Of a stretch of DNA of 64,000 nt, positions 18,812-29,029 are shown piece after piece. Both the position numbers and the translations under genes were made by a program. Source of the DNA: an uncultured Planctomycetia bacterium (GTDB lineage: Bacteria > Omnitrophota > Gorgyraeia > JABMRG01); the NCBI GenBank assembly GCA_964634945.1, contig CAZWMG010000001.1:116825-180824 (forward strand). Reading direction: 5' to 3'. The notes beneath the pieces are model-generated. The model did no database searches, was not told the origin of the DNA, and saw only the letters and a list, made by a program, of their open reading frames with translations. Positions within the stretch are counted from its first letter, which is position 1, and every line of letters starts with the position of its first letter.

Positions 18812-20176
18812 TTAGAAGTCGATTGTTGTAGCTGCTACTATCTGCGCTGCTGTCTTATCCTGTGAATTATCACCCTTTGAGTAGAAATCACCTGGCCAGA
18901 ATACTCCACCACACACTGTGAATGCTACATCTTCAGTATAGTCATATGCTAACTTAGCATCAAGTTCCATACCGATTGCATCGTCACCACCTGCAACAGG
19001 TGTTTCATCAAACCAGAAATAAGTATATCTTAGATTAACGTTTATATCAGTCATAGGATCTGCTGATACAAAACCAGCTAATGAGCTCTGGTTAGTTAAG
19101 CCATTATTATTTCCATTGGCGTTTGTACCATTTGCTATATCATAAGCGGTAACCTTTGATATGTTCCTAAAATCGCCTAGGTAATTATCAAACTTGCCGC
19201 GATATATAGGGTCCCATGCTTCCCACTTACCGTCACCTGTTGCATCTGCGTTGTTACCGGAAAGATAGAGAAACTCTCCACCAAGTACTGGTGTCCACTT
19301 AACATCAGCGAATGTATAATCACCACCAATGTTTAATGCATATGCTTCACGATCTTTACCTGCTGCAGGCTCGTTTCTGTAGTCACCAAACTGAACAGCG
19401 CCTTCAGCAAATAGGTTCATGGACTCAAAAGGAACTAAGCTTCCTCTTAAACCAATAGTGTGAACCTCATCAACAGATTTTGGACCTGTTCCTGCTGCAG
19501 TAGCAACTCTATCATGCTTAAAGATATAGTAAGCTTCTGCTTCAGCATCATACTTTGTGAAATCATAACCAACATTTGCTACATATAGATCTGTATCATC
19601 ATTGTTGTTAGTAGCATTAGCATTATTATCAGAATCTATCTTTGAATAGATCAAATCGATGGTCCATGGATCATAATCAAGAGTAGCTCTGATAGCATCA
19701 AATGCTGTCATGTCACTCATTTCTCTTACTGTCACTGGTAGACCGCCTTCATCCCATATTCTGATACCGGCATTACCAATAACCAAACCCTTACCAAGCC
19801 ACATGTTCTGGCGACCGATTTGCAGTGTTAAAGGAGCATATAACATCTCCTTCAATGTTACATAAGCCTCATCAAGCTTGATATCAAACTGGGCGCTTGC
19901 ACCACCATTACTATTTTCAGCATTCCAATCTCTCTCATTGATAAGACGGATGTATGTTGATACGTTGTCTGTTAGATCTGCTTCTACGTTCAAACCAACC
20001 TGATTGATAAAGAAATTCTGGTTATCGCTATCACTGTTTTCATAATCTATATCATTTTGATATATATATGCAACTTTGATATCACCAGAAACCTTTATGT
20101 TCTGTGTTTCAGCGAAGGCTGGAACTGCAAAAGCAACTAACAGCGCTGCTACGCATATTCCTGTTAAAAATCTCAT
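18812..20176 (-). CDS. Outer-membrane beta-barrel (alginate export family-like porin)
   Basis: Signal peptide, alternating beta strands, IGRQ, G.ELD, terminal Phe. Confidence 0.8.
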   Translation of the reverse strand: MRFLTGICVAALLVAFAVPAFAETQNIKVSGDIKVAYIYQNDIDYENSDSDNQNFFINQVGLNVEADLTDNVSTYIRLINERDWNAENSNGGASAQFDIKLDEAYVTLKEMLYAPLTLQIGRQNMWLGKGLVIGNAGIRIWDEGGLPVTVREMSDMTAFDAIRATLDYDPWTIDLIYSKIDSDNNANATNNNDDTDLYVANVGYDFTKYDAEAEAYYIFKHDRVATAAGTGPKSVDEVHTIGLRGSLVPFESMNLFAEGAVQFGDYRNEPAAGKDREAYALNIGGDYTFADVKWTPVLGGEFLYLSGNNADATGDGKWEAWDPIYRGKFDNYLGDFRNISKVTAYDIANGTNANGNNNGLTNQSSLAGFVSADPMTDINVNLRYTYFWFDETPVAGGDDAIGMELDAKLAYDYTEDVAFTVCGGVFWPGDFYSKGDNSQDKTAAQIVAATTIDF

Positions 20177-20356
20177 TATTTATTCTCCTTTTAATACGTT
20201 TAATCTAATTTAATAGTGATGTGCACTCTCACACAACACCTCTTGCTTTCTATGTTACTCACCATATCTTGATAATTCGTGGCTCTATTTTTTTCACCTC
20301 CTAGCTTTGCCTTATTTGAATCATCTATGGTGTTTAAATACATATTATATGGTTAA

Positions 20357-20385
20357 ATAATATCAAATTAACAGTGCCGTGTCAA
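20357..20385 (-). promoter_or_regulatory. Sigma70 promoter of the porin gene
   Basis: TTGACA-N17-TATTAT with TG extension on the - strand. Confidence 0.6.
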
Positions 20386-20411
20386 TCAAAATGTAGAAAA
20401 ATCGACTTTTT

Positions 20412-20873
20412 TTAATCTTCTTTCTGTATTGACTTATAAGTTGTTGCCCTGCCTGACTTTGGGGCAACAGTTATTGTCACGAAAGTGCTCATCCCTTGGG
20501 GTTCAATCACTATAATACAATTCTGGTCTTCTCTTTCAAAATTTAATATCCTTCTGCCATATTCTAGCATATTTGTAAAGCGCCAATTATATAACGGCAT
20601 CTGGTTCTTGAAAAAGTTGACAACCTGATCTCCGCTTGACCTTCCTTTGTATTTTAATATGCCTACACGCAAAACATCATTTTCAAATGTAAATGACTGC
20701 GCTGTGATCATCTTAAATCCTGATGGCACCGGTACGTCAACGAATTTTAACGCTGTTGAAACATCCAATGCTTTTTGAGTCTTAATATCATCATCTGTAA
20801 CAGTGCCGGATGTCGCACAACCAGCTAATAATAATGAACTAATTAATATAGTAAACAATTTTCTAAAAAACAT
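20412..20873 (-). CDS. Conserved lipoprotein
   Basis: Lipobox LAGC; GGAGG SD; F.DVPVP.GF. Confidence 0.75.
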   Translation of the reverse strand: MFFRKLFTILISSLLLAGCATSGTVTDDDIKTQKALDVSTALKFVDVPVPSGFKMITAQSFTFENDVLRVGILKYKGRSSGDQVVNFFKNQMPLYNWRFTNMLEYGRRILNFEREDQNCIIVIEPQGMSTFVTITVAPKSGRATTYKSIQKED

Positions 20874-20935
20874 ATTTACCTCCTTTTTATATATAATAGT
20901 AAAGAACAGCACAGACGTCAAGATAATACCGCAGC

Positions 20936-21604
20936 TTAACGCACTTTTTGAATAAGTGCTTTTGAGTTTCTATATGCCTGAGCTACGTCAGCACTGGAAA
21001 GGCCTGCTGATACAGCTACCTTTCTAAATATCTCATCCGATGGGATATTTTCCGGTGAATGCGAATCAGAATCTATTGTGATCATCGCTGAATATTCTTT
21101 TGCCATATTAGCAACGTGCGCGTTTGTTGTTGAATGACCCTTTCGCGTTGTAATCTCAATACAGATATTATTTTTTACCGCCAGAAGAACATCATCTTTT
21201 GTAATCGTTCCGGGATGCGCTAAGATGTCAACGCCTGCTTGTATCGCGGCTCTATTTGTGCCTTCTATGACCGGCTCTACAGGTGACTCACCATGAGCCA
21301 CTATAATCCCGGCGCCTTTTTTACGCGCATGCTTTACGAGAGGTGAAAACTGTTGTAGCGGAATATGTGTAAGCTCGACACCCGGAATAGTTTTAATCTT
21401 CCAGTATTTGTTGAGCTCTTTGGAAACCTTAATCAGAGATTCTATAATAAAATCGATATTAGATGAATCCGCATGATCAGTTATCGCGACCGCATCAAAA
21501 CCGGCAACCTCGTATCTTCTGACAAGCTCACTTGGTAAAAGGCATCCGTCACTTAACAAGCTGTGTGTGTGCAGGTCTATTAGCGGATTATCTGTTTTCA
21601 TCAT
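20936..21604 (-). CDS. PHP-family phosphoesterase (histidinol-phosphatase-like)
   Basis: DLHTHSLLSDG, ITDH, GVELTH, LAHPG, DSDSH. Confidence 0.9.
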   Translation of the reverse strand: MMKTDNPLIDLHTHSLLSDGCLLPSELVRRYEVAGFDAVAITDHADSSNIDFIIESLIKVSKELNKYWKIKTIPGVELTHIPLQQFSPLVKHARKKGAGIIVAHGESPVEPVIEGTNRAAIQAGVDILAHPGTITKDDVLLAVKNNICIEITTRKGHSTTNAHVANMAKEYSAMITIDSDSHSPENIPSDEIFRKVAVSAGLSSADVAQAYRNSKALIQKVR

Positions 21605-22364
21605 CTTTCCGATCTTTTAGCTCAACGAGTTTAGCATATGATAGTATCTGGTAGAATCCGCCTAAGCCTGCCATCATAAAACCTAAGAAACCGTCACGGA
21701 AGCCCTGTTTCAATATAAAAGCCTTCAGGAACCTATCTATAGTTTTTCTTATGGCGCGAGAGAGAGACATCTTTCTATTATCGCGAAGCCATTTTCGAGA
21801 TTCAAAATTCGTCTGGTGGTTCACCTTGCTGACCATATCCGCTAAATCCTTATAAGCAAGGTGGATTATTTCCGCACTTAATGTTATCCGGTCTCCCTCC
21901 ATTATCGCGGGAGGGTGATACTCCTCTTCCGCGTATCTAAACTCGCTCTTCTTAAAAAGTTTAAGCTTAGCATTAGGGTACCATCCGCCATGCTGAATCC
22001 AACGTGTACCGATATAATTTCGATGAGGGATGTTGTACCCATTGTGCGTAAAGCCGTTTTTAACTAGCGCTATGATCTCATCCCTTAATTCCGGGGTGAC
22101 TCTTTCATCGCTATCTAAACTTAATATATATTCATTCTTCGCTTTTGAATACGCAAAATTTCGCTGGATCCCCTCATTCTCCCATTTTCGCTGATGGATA
22201 TTACCAGTGTAACCACGCACAACTTCTAGAGTGTTATCTTTGCTGAAATCATCTACTATAACGATATCATCACACCACTTAACGCTCTCTAGGCAATCTA
22301 TGATCTTATCAGCTGAGTTTTTTGTCATCGTAACAACTGATAAAGGGTATCTTTTTTCTTCCAT
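21588..22364 (-). CDS. Glycosyltransferase family 2 (WaaE/KdtX-like)
   Basis: VDDFS.D.T, QRN.A, LDSDER, GFRDG..G. Confidence 0.9.
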   Translation of the reverse strand: MEEKRYPLSVVTMTKNSADKIIDCLESVKWCDDIVIVDDFSKDNTLEVVRGYTGNIHQRKWENEGIQRNFAYSKAKNEYILSLDSDERVTPELRDEIIALVKNGFTHNGYNIPHRNYIGTRWIQHGGWYPNAKLKLFKKSEFRYAEEEYHPPAIMEGDRITLSAEIIHLAYKDLADMVSKVNHQTNFESRKWLRDNRKMSLSRAIRKTIDRFLKAFILKQGFRDGFLGFMMAGLGGFYQILSYAKLVELKDRKDDENR

Positions 22365-22421
22365 ATTATTTTAATAGTCCTTATTTTTTCTATTAACTCC
22401 CATGTACCCATGAGTGGTACA

Positions 22422-22497
22422 TGGTGCCCCTACCGCGACTCGAACACGGCCACATGGTTTAGGAAACCACTGCTCTATCCATCTGAGCTATAGGGGC
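22422..22497 (-). tRNA. tRNA-Arg (anticodon CCU)
   Basis: GCCCCTA/TAGGGGC acceptor stem + ACCA; D-arm GCTC/GAGC; anticodon loop TTCCTAA; T-loop TTCGAGT. Confidence 0.96.
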
Positions 22498-22663
22498 ACA
22501 CGATTTTAATAGGCAACTAATCCATAAAGCAAAATTATATTATAAAGAGCCTGAAGTCAGAAGGTTTCATCTAACAGTTGGAAGAATGATAAAAAAACAG
22601 AACGGAGAACTCTTATCTTAAGAATTCCTAAACATCCCTGCACAATTGATGTGAAACCTTATA

Positions 22664-23182
22664 TCAATATACAACTTGTGAAAATATCTTATAACCTTTT
22701 AACTTATCGCGGCCATTTAAAAACGCTAATTCTATCATCAGGGCAATTTCAATTATCTTACCCTTCTGCTGTTTAACCAGTTCACACATAGCCTCTGCGG
22801 TACCACCAGTCGCTAACAGGTCATCTACAATTAGGATTGACTCATTTTCGCGTATAGCATCTTCGTGCATATAAAGAGTGTCGCTTCCGTACTCTAACTC
22901 ATATGAAGCCTCTATAGTTTTGTATGGAAGTTTGCCCTTTTTTCTGACAGGGACAAACCCAGCGCCAAGCTTATAAGCAAGTACGCTACCAAGAATAAAA
23001 CCGCGCGCATCAGCCGCTACCACCTTATCTATCGGCATATTTTTATACCTGTCTACAAAGATATCAATAACCTTTTGAAATGCTTGCTTGTCACCTAATA
23101 GGGTAGTAATATCTTTAAAGACAATACCCTTTTTCGGAAAATCCTGAACATCCCTTATGTGATCTTTTAAATTTATACTCAT
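22664..23182 (-). CDS. apt: Adenine phosphoribosyltransferase
   Basis: DFPKKGI.FKDIT, ARGF, RKKGKLP, VDDLLATGGT. Confidence 0.97.
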   Translation of the reverse strand: MSINLKDHIRDVQDFPKKGIVFKDITTLLGDKQAFQKVIDIFVDRYKNMPIDKVVAADARGFILGSVLAYKLGAGFVPVRKKGKLPYKTIEASYELEYGSDTLYMHEDAIRENESILIVDDLLATGGTAEAMCELVKQQKGKIIEIALMIELAFLNGRDKLKGYKIFSQVVY

Positions 23183-24027
23183 AATATATCTCCTGCTTTT
23201 ATGCCTTCTTTTATGGACTGATCAACCACAAGCTTTTTTAGCTTATCTATGGCTCTTTTTTCTATCTGCCTAACGCGCTCCTTTGTTATTTTGAGCTTCT
23301 TTGCGATCTCCTGGAGAGTAAGGATTTTCTTCTTATCCAGCCCAAATCGGAACATAAGCACCTTCTTGTCTCTTGGATCCAGCTCATCCAATAGCTTCCT
23401 GATGCTCTCGTCTCTAAGAGCATCCGACATCCTCTCGTCAGGTAATTGCGCGGATTCGTCCTCGATCAATTCAAGAAATTTACCTCCCTGCTCCTCACCA
23501 ATAGGCGTCTCCATAGATGTTGGTTGCGACTGTGCCGCCTGCGCTATCTGACCAATCTTCCTTGCGGAAAGTTTCATCCTCTTGGCAATTTCACTGGTAG
23601 CGGGGTCTCTTTTATATTTATGCTTTAGCTCCTCAATAACCTTCTTATACCTAATAATCGTTTCTACCATGTATACAGGCACCCTGATAGTCTTTCCCTG
23701 ATTAGCGATAGCTCGCATAATATATTGACGTATCCACCATGCCGCATAGGTTGAAAATCTGTAGCCTCTATCGGGGTCATATTTTTTAACGGCTTTCATA
23801 AGGCCGATATTTCCCTCTTCGATTATATCAAGCATAGGAAGGCCGGTATAAGCATACCTCTTGGCTATGTTGACTACCAACCTAAGATTTGATTGGACCA
23901 TAATCTTGGACGCACGCGAGTCCTTCCTCTTTATCCGTCCAGCCAGTCTTATCTCTTCCTCATGGCTTAAAAGCGGAAAGGCCTCTATGTCCTTAAAATA
24001 GAGCATCAGAACATTCTTATTAAACAT
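23179..24027 (-). CDS. RpoD/RpoS-family sigma-70 factor lacking region 1.1
   Basis: SNLRLVV.IAK, EGNIGL.KAV, FSTYA.WWIRQ, TIRVP, ERVRQIE. Confidence 0.92.
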   Translation of the reverse strand: MFNKNVLMLYFKDIEAFPLLSHEEEIRLAGRIKRKDSRASKIMVQSNLRLVVNIAKRYAYTGLPMLDIIEEGNIGLMKAVKKYDPDRGYRFSTYAAWWIRQYIMRAIANQGKTIRVPVYMVETIIRYKKVIEELKHKYKRDPATSEIAKRMKLSARKIGQIAQAAQSQPTSMETPIGEEQGGKFLELIEDESAQLPDERMSDALRDESIRKLLDELDPRDKKVLMFRFGLDKKKILTLQEIAKKLKITKERVRQIEKRAIDKLKKLVVDQSIKEGIKAGDIL

Positions 24028-24055
24028 AGCTACTGTCTACTCCTTTTTGTCTAAA

Positions 24056-24190
24056 GGGGACGGTCCTAAAGGGAGCGCCCCTGAAAATTATAAAAAAACA
24101 AAATTTATAAATTCCTGAAAGACATTTTATGAAAACACTAAAAATTAGGATAACTATGTACTCAGGGGTGCCCCCTTTAGGACCGTCCCC
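24056..24190. repeat. 135-bp MITE/TIR-like element: 29-bp inverted repeats around an A-rich spacer
   Basis: ggggacggtcctaaagggagcgcccctga (24056-24084) vs reverse complement of 24162-24190, 27/29 identical. Confidence 0.85.
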
Positions 24191-24199
24191 GTAATTATT

Positions 24200-26875
24200 T
24201 TATTTTTTAATTGACGCATGTGCTGCCGCGAGCCTAGCTATAGGGACCCTGAAGGGCGAACAACTTACATAATCAAGCCCTACCCTATGACAGAACTTTA
24301 CACTCTCAGGATCACCACCATGTTCTCCACATATACCTATCTTCAAATCAGGCTTTACGCTTCGCCCCTTTTCAACGCCCATCTTAATCAACTGGCCTAT
24401 GCCATCCTGATCAATAGTAGCAAACGGGTCATTCTCAAGAATGCCATCCTCTATATATGAAGGCAGAAATTTGCCTATGTCATCTCTCGAGAATCCAAAT
24501 CCAAGTTGCGTAAGATCGTTGGTGCCAAAACTAAAGAACTCCGCCTCTGAAGCTATCTTGTCTGCTGTAAGCGCGGCACGTGGAATCTCGATCATAGTGC
24601 CGATAAGATACTTCATGCGCACCTTGTATTTCTTAAGAACCTCTTCACAGACCTCAACAGCATGATTTTTAGTAAAGACAAGCTCATTTATATGGCCCAC
24701 TAAAGGTATCATTATCTCTGGTATTATCTTTTGACCTTTTTTGGCAAGTTCACAAGCCGCACTCATAATCGCTTTCACCTGCATCCTGTATATCTCAGGA
24801 TACGTAATGCCAAGCCTGCAGCCGCGATGTCCTAGCATGGGGTTTAATTCATGCAGATTTTGACAAAGGTCTGAAATCTTCTTTCTATCAACCTTCATCA
24901 TCTTTGCCATCTCCTGCTTTTCTTTATCGGTATGAGGTAAGAACTCATGTAAGGGCGGGTCAAGCAGCCTTATCGTGACCGGCTTACCTTTCATAACCTT
25001 AAATATGCCCTTGAAATCCTTCTTCTGGAGAGGAAGTAATTTAGCAAGTGCCTTTTCACGTGCAGCGGTGTTCTCGGCAAGTATCATTGTTCTTACAAGG
25101 GGTAAACGGTCTTTACCGAAAAACATATGCTCTGTTCGGCATAAACCTATACCCTCCGCGCCAAAGCCTATTGCCACATTCGCGTCATGAGGAGTATCAG
25201 CATTCGTTCTAACCTTAAGTTTTCTTACCTTATCAGCCCAACTCATCAAGGTTCTAAAGCTTCCTGTTACTTCAGGTTTAATAAGATCAACTTCTCCGAG
25301 GATTACTTCTCCGGTATTTCCATTTAAGGTAATAACATCACCTTCCTTTATCTTCTTGCCCTTGACAACGAAGTTTTTATCATTCGCGTTTACAGTTATT
25401 TCACTGCAGCCAACAACGCAACATTTTCCCATTCCACGTCCGACCACAGCTGCATGGGAAGTCATGCCACCAAATGCTGTTAGGATACCCTGAGCAGCTG
25501 CCATACCGCCAATATCCTCCGGCGATGTCTCCAGCCTTACGAGGATAACCTTCTCGCCCTTTGTAGCCATAACCTCAGCCTTATCCGCGGTAAAGACTAC
25601 TTTTCCTACGGCCGCGCCTGGTGAGGCAGGTAACCCTTTAGCAACTACAGATAACTTTGCTTTTGTATTTATCATAGGGTGTAGCAATTGATCGAGCTGA
25701 TGCGGCTCAACCCTTAAGATCGCTTCTTCTGCAGTAATAAGACCTTCGCCTGCCATATCTACCGCAATCTTAATAGCAGCATGCGCAGTACGTTTTCCTG
25801 TCCTGGTCTGAAGAAGGTAGAGTTTCTTATCCTGTATAGTAAACTCAAGATCCTGCATATCCCTGTAATGCTTCTCAAGTCTCTTATATATTGATACAAG
25901 TTCAAGGTATACTCTCGGCATATTATCTTTAAGATCACTGATAGGTAAAGGCGTCCTTATGCCCGCGACAACATCTTCACCCTGCGCGTTCATAAGGTAC
26001 TCACCATAAAATTTCTTTTCACCTGTACCTGGGTCTCTGGTAAAAGCAACTCCGGTTCCTGACTCTTCACCTAGATTGCCAAATACCATGGCTTGAATAT
26101 TCACAGCCGTACCCCAATCATGCGGGATGGAATTTAAGTTCCTATACTTTCTCGCACGCTCGTTATTCCATGAACTGAATACCGCGTCGATCGCCATCTT
26201 AAGCTGCTTCATGGGATCCTGAGGAAAAGAAAAGCCCTTCTTCTTCTTTATCAGCTTTTTATATTCTTCTACAATTGCTTTCAGGTCTTCCGCATCCAAT
26301 TCGGTATCAAGCTTTATCTTTTTTTTCTGTTTTTTCTGATTAAGTATGTGCTCAAAATCGGCATGCTCAACACCTAATACTACATCACCGAACATCTGGC
26401 AAAATCTGCGATACGCATCATAAGCAAAACGTTCATTGCCTGATTTTTCAGCGAGCCCCTTTACCGATACATCGTTTAGACCGAGGTTAAGCACTGTGTC
26501 CATCATGCCCGGCATAGAAACCCTTGCGCCGGAGCGAACAGAAACTAGCAGAGGATCCAAATTATCGCCCAGCTTCTTACCCATTACATCCTCAAGCTTC
26601 TTAAGATTGTTCTCGATCTGCTCCATCATGAACTGAGGGTACTTTTTTTTATTCTCATAAAACTTGATGCAGGCCTCTGTTGTTATAGTAAACCCGGCAG
26701 GTACAGGTATGCCTAGCTTTGCCATCTCCGCAAGATTAGAACCCTTTCCACCAAGAAGATTTTTCATTTTTGTATTTCCTTCGCTCTTACCACCTCCGAA
26801 GAAATATACATATTTAAATTTATTTTTTTTAACTGTTTTACCCTTTGACTTCTTCTTCGCCGCTGCTGCTACCAT
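24200..26875 (-). CDS. ppdK: Pyruvate, phosphate dikinase
   Basis: LLGGKG.NLAEM, SMPGMMDT, GGMTSHAAVV, GLCRTEHMF, FGTNDLTQ, GICGEHGG. Confidence 0.98.
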   Translation of the reverse strand: MVAAAAKKKSKGKTVKKNKFKYVYFFGGGKSEGNTKMKNLLGGKGSNLAEMAKLGIPVPAGFTITTEACIKFYENKKKYPQFMMEQIENNLKKLEDVMGKKLGDNLDPLLVSVRSGARVSMPGMMDTVLNLGLNDVSVKGLAEKSGNERFAYDAYRRFCQMFGDVVLGVEHADFEHILNQKKQKKKIKLDTELDAEDLKAIVEEYKKLIKKKKGFSFPQDPMKQLKMAIDAVFSSWNNERARKYRNLNSIPHDWGTAVNIQAMVFGNLGEESGTGVAFTRDPGTGEKKFYGEYLMNAQGEDVVAGIRTPLPISDLKDNMPRVYLELVSIYKRLEKHYRDMQDLEFTIQDKKLYLLQTRTGKRTAHAAIKIAVDMAGEGLITAEEAILRVEPHQLDQLLHPMINTKAKLSVVAKGLPASPGAAVGKVVFTADKAEVMATKGEKVILVRLETSPEDIGGMAAAQGILTAFGGMTSHAAVVGRGMGKCCVVGCSEITVNANDKNFVVKGKKIKEGDVITLNGNTGEVILGEVDLIKPEVTGSFRTLMSWADKVRKLKVRTNADTPHDANVAIGFGAEGIGLCRTEHMFFGKDRLPLVRTMILAENTAAREKALAKLLPLQKKDFKGIFKVMKGKPVTIRLLDPPLHEFLPHTDKEKQEMAKMMKVDRKKISDLCQNLHELNPMLGHRGCRLGITYPEIYRMQVKAIMSAACELAKKGQKIIPEIMIPLVGHINELVFTKNHAVEVCEEVLKKYKVRMKYLIGTMIEIPRAALTADKIASEAEFFSFGTNDLTQLGFGFSRDDIGKFLPSYIEDGILENDPFATIDQDGIGQLIKMGVEKGRSVKPDLKIGICGEHGGDPESVKFCHRVGLDYVSCSPFRVPIARLAAAHASIKK

Positions 26876-26892
26876 ATTGCTACTCCTCCTTT

Positions 26893-28968
26893 TTAAGTTT
26901 TGCCCTTGAATACAATTTTTGATAAATCTGCTATATTATCTATATAAAGCCTGTTTATACATGAAAGCAGGCCTAAGCGATTAATCCTCAAATCCTTCTT
27001 ATCAACATTAACCATCACCTTATCAAAGAAATCATGCAACACTTCTGAAAGCGATTCACTAAAAAGTTTAGTCGCCTCAATATATTTCTTGTCCGCACAA
27101 AACTGTTTAAAAACCGGCTCCATCTCTTTAAGCGCCTTGTAGAGCGCTTTTTCTTCCGGCTCCTGTAGTAATACCGGCTCAAGAGTGTAGCTATTATCCT
27201 TCGACGCTTTTACTATATTATATGTTCTTTCAACTATAGAGCAAGACTGTTCAAAATTACATTCATCAATTATACTATTTAATGCCTCCAATTTCAAGAA
27301 CGAATTGCAGATATCATCAACACTCAAATCGGTCACGGCCTCTATGATATCATGGCGATAACCAAACCGTATCTTGCAAAAATATACAAATCTATCTTTA
27401 AAGAAATCAAGAAAGATATCTTTAAGCTTATTGCCATCAAAATCACCTGGGCAGATTGGGTAAGCATAATCAAATAGATCCGATAGCGATACCTTGAGTT
27501 TTTTATTCTGTAGTATTGATATGACCGCGATAGCCTGACGCCTGAGCGCGTATACATCACGCCCACCCTTTGGGAATTTACCTATTTTGAAATAACATAT
27601 GATATTATCTATCTTATCAGCTAATGATGTCAGAACTCCGATGCTGGTAACCGGCAGTACATCATCCGCAAATCTTGGGAGATAGTGCTCACCAATGGCA
27701 TCCGCTACTTGCGTAGGTTCCTTGGAGTCAAGCGCGTAATATCGACCTATAACGCCCTGCAAACTTGGAAACTCGCCTACCATTTGCGTTAAAAGATCCG
27801 CCTTACAGAGAGATATTACGCGCAAGAGATCTCTCTTGTCGCAATCGTCAAACCTGCTTGCTTTTAACAAAAACTGCGCTATTTTCTTCAGACGATCAAC
27901 TTTTTCAGCTACAGTACCCAGCTTCTTGTGAAAGACTAAGCCATCTAAACCTTCGGCCCAAAGTTGCAACGGCTTTTTTGTATCTGCTTTATAAAAGAAA
28001 AGTGCGTCTTTAAGCCGCGCGTCGAGTACATTTTCGAAATTTTTTATAATCTGTCTTCGATTTCCATAATTTCCGTTTATCACACCAACGAATCTATTTG
28101 TAAGGCCTTTTGACTTATCCTCCAGGCAAAATACCCTTTGATGCTTAGACATGCTTGCCAAAAGAACTTCGCTTGGTATCGTCAGATACTCCTCCTTAAA
28201 AACGCCCTCTATAAAAACCGGGAACTCTACAAGGTTATTTACCTCGTTTAAAAGATACTTGTTCTCGCGCCATCTCCTCTTCTCAAGGTATGACAATATC
28301 TTTACCTTGCGAGCTTCATTATTCCATGCCACGTAATTCTTATCGAGTAATTTAAAATAATTTTCAGGGCTTTTAACCTTAATTTTTTTATACCCTAAAA
28401 ATCTATGCCCGTATGTAATGGGCGATGATCGCAAACCAGCAAATTCAAAATCCACAACCTTTTCGCCAAAGATAGCCATAATCCACCTTATTGGACGAGC
28501 GAATACAAAACCAGACTCATCCCAACGCATAGTCTTTGGAAAATCTATTATACTGATAACCTCCGGCAATACCTTAGATAATATCTCAACGTTTGACACA
28601 TCCTTCTTGTGCAGCATGACCCTTGCTTCCTGCCCGCTTTCATCAACAGAGATGTCCTTTGCTGTCGCTTTATTCTTATTTAAAAAAGCTGAGAGCGCCT
28701 TAGTCGGTCTCTTGTCACCATCATATGCTATTCTTGAAGGTGGCCCCAATATAGAAACATCCTGAGTAACAGGTATGTCTTTAATGTGAAGTATGAGCCT
28801 GCGTGGAGTGCTATAGGAGAAGACTTGATGCAGGCCTATGTTTTGGGCTTCAAACAAGCCCCGTATGGCTCCCTTGTCTCTACAGGATAGAAGCTCCAGT
28901 ACATGGCTAAAATAGCCTGAGGGTATCTCCTCAGTGCCAATTTCCATCAACAAGTCTTGTGTACTCAT
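26893..28968 (-). CDS. glyS: Glycine--tRNA ligase beta subunit
   Basis: EIGTEEIP, TPRRL, MRW, ARL.DA.FF, KADL.T.MV.EFP.LQG, FFD.VMV. Confidence 0.96.
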   Translation of the reverse strand: MSTQDLLMEIGTEEIPSGYFSHVLELLSCRDKGAIRGLFEAQNIGLHQVFSYSTPRRLILHIKDIPVTQDVSILGPPSRIAYDGDKRPTKALSAFLNKNKATAKDISVDESGQEARVMLHKKDVSNVEILSKVLPEVISIIDFPKTMRWDESGFVFARPIRWIMAIFGEKVVDFEFAGLRSSPITYGHRFLGYKKIKVKSPENYFKLLDKNYVAWNNEARKVKILSYLEKRRWRENKYLLNEVNNLVEFPVFIEGVFKEEYLTIPSEVLLASMSKHQRVFCLEDKSKGLTNRFVGVINGNYGNRRQIIKNFENVLDARLKDALFFYKADTKKPLQLWAEGLDGLVFHKKLGTVAEKVDRLKKIAQFLLKASRFDDCDKRDLLRVISLCKADLLTQMVGEFPSLQGVIGRYYALDSKEPTQVADAIGEHYLPRFADDVLPVTSIGVLTSLADKIDNIICYFKIGKFPKGGRDVYALRRQAIAVISILQNKKLKVSLSDLFDYAYPICPGDFDGNKLKDIFLDFFKDRFVYFCKIRFGYRHDIIEAVTDLSVDDICNSFLKLEALNSIIDECNFEQSCSIVERTYNIVKASKDNSYTLEPVLLQEPEEKALYKALKEMEPVFKQFCADKKYIEATKLFSESLSEVLHDFFDKVMVNVDKKDLRINRLGLLSCINRLYIDNIADLSKIVFKGKT

Positions 28969-29029
28969 ATTTTCGGTTCTCGGTTATATATTATAAACGC
29001 TAGCTTTTTTAATCTTTAAATACTTAACA

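Noticed and set aside
22422-22497. tRNA-Arg as an island integration site
   Set aside because: No integrase and no duplicated tRNA 3' end noticed; flanks are housekeeping genes
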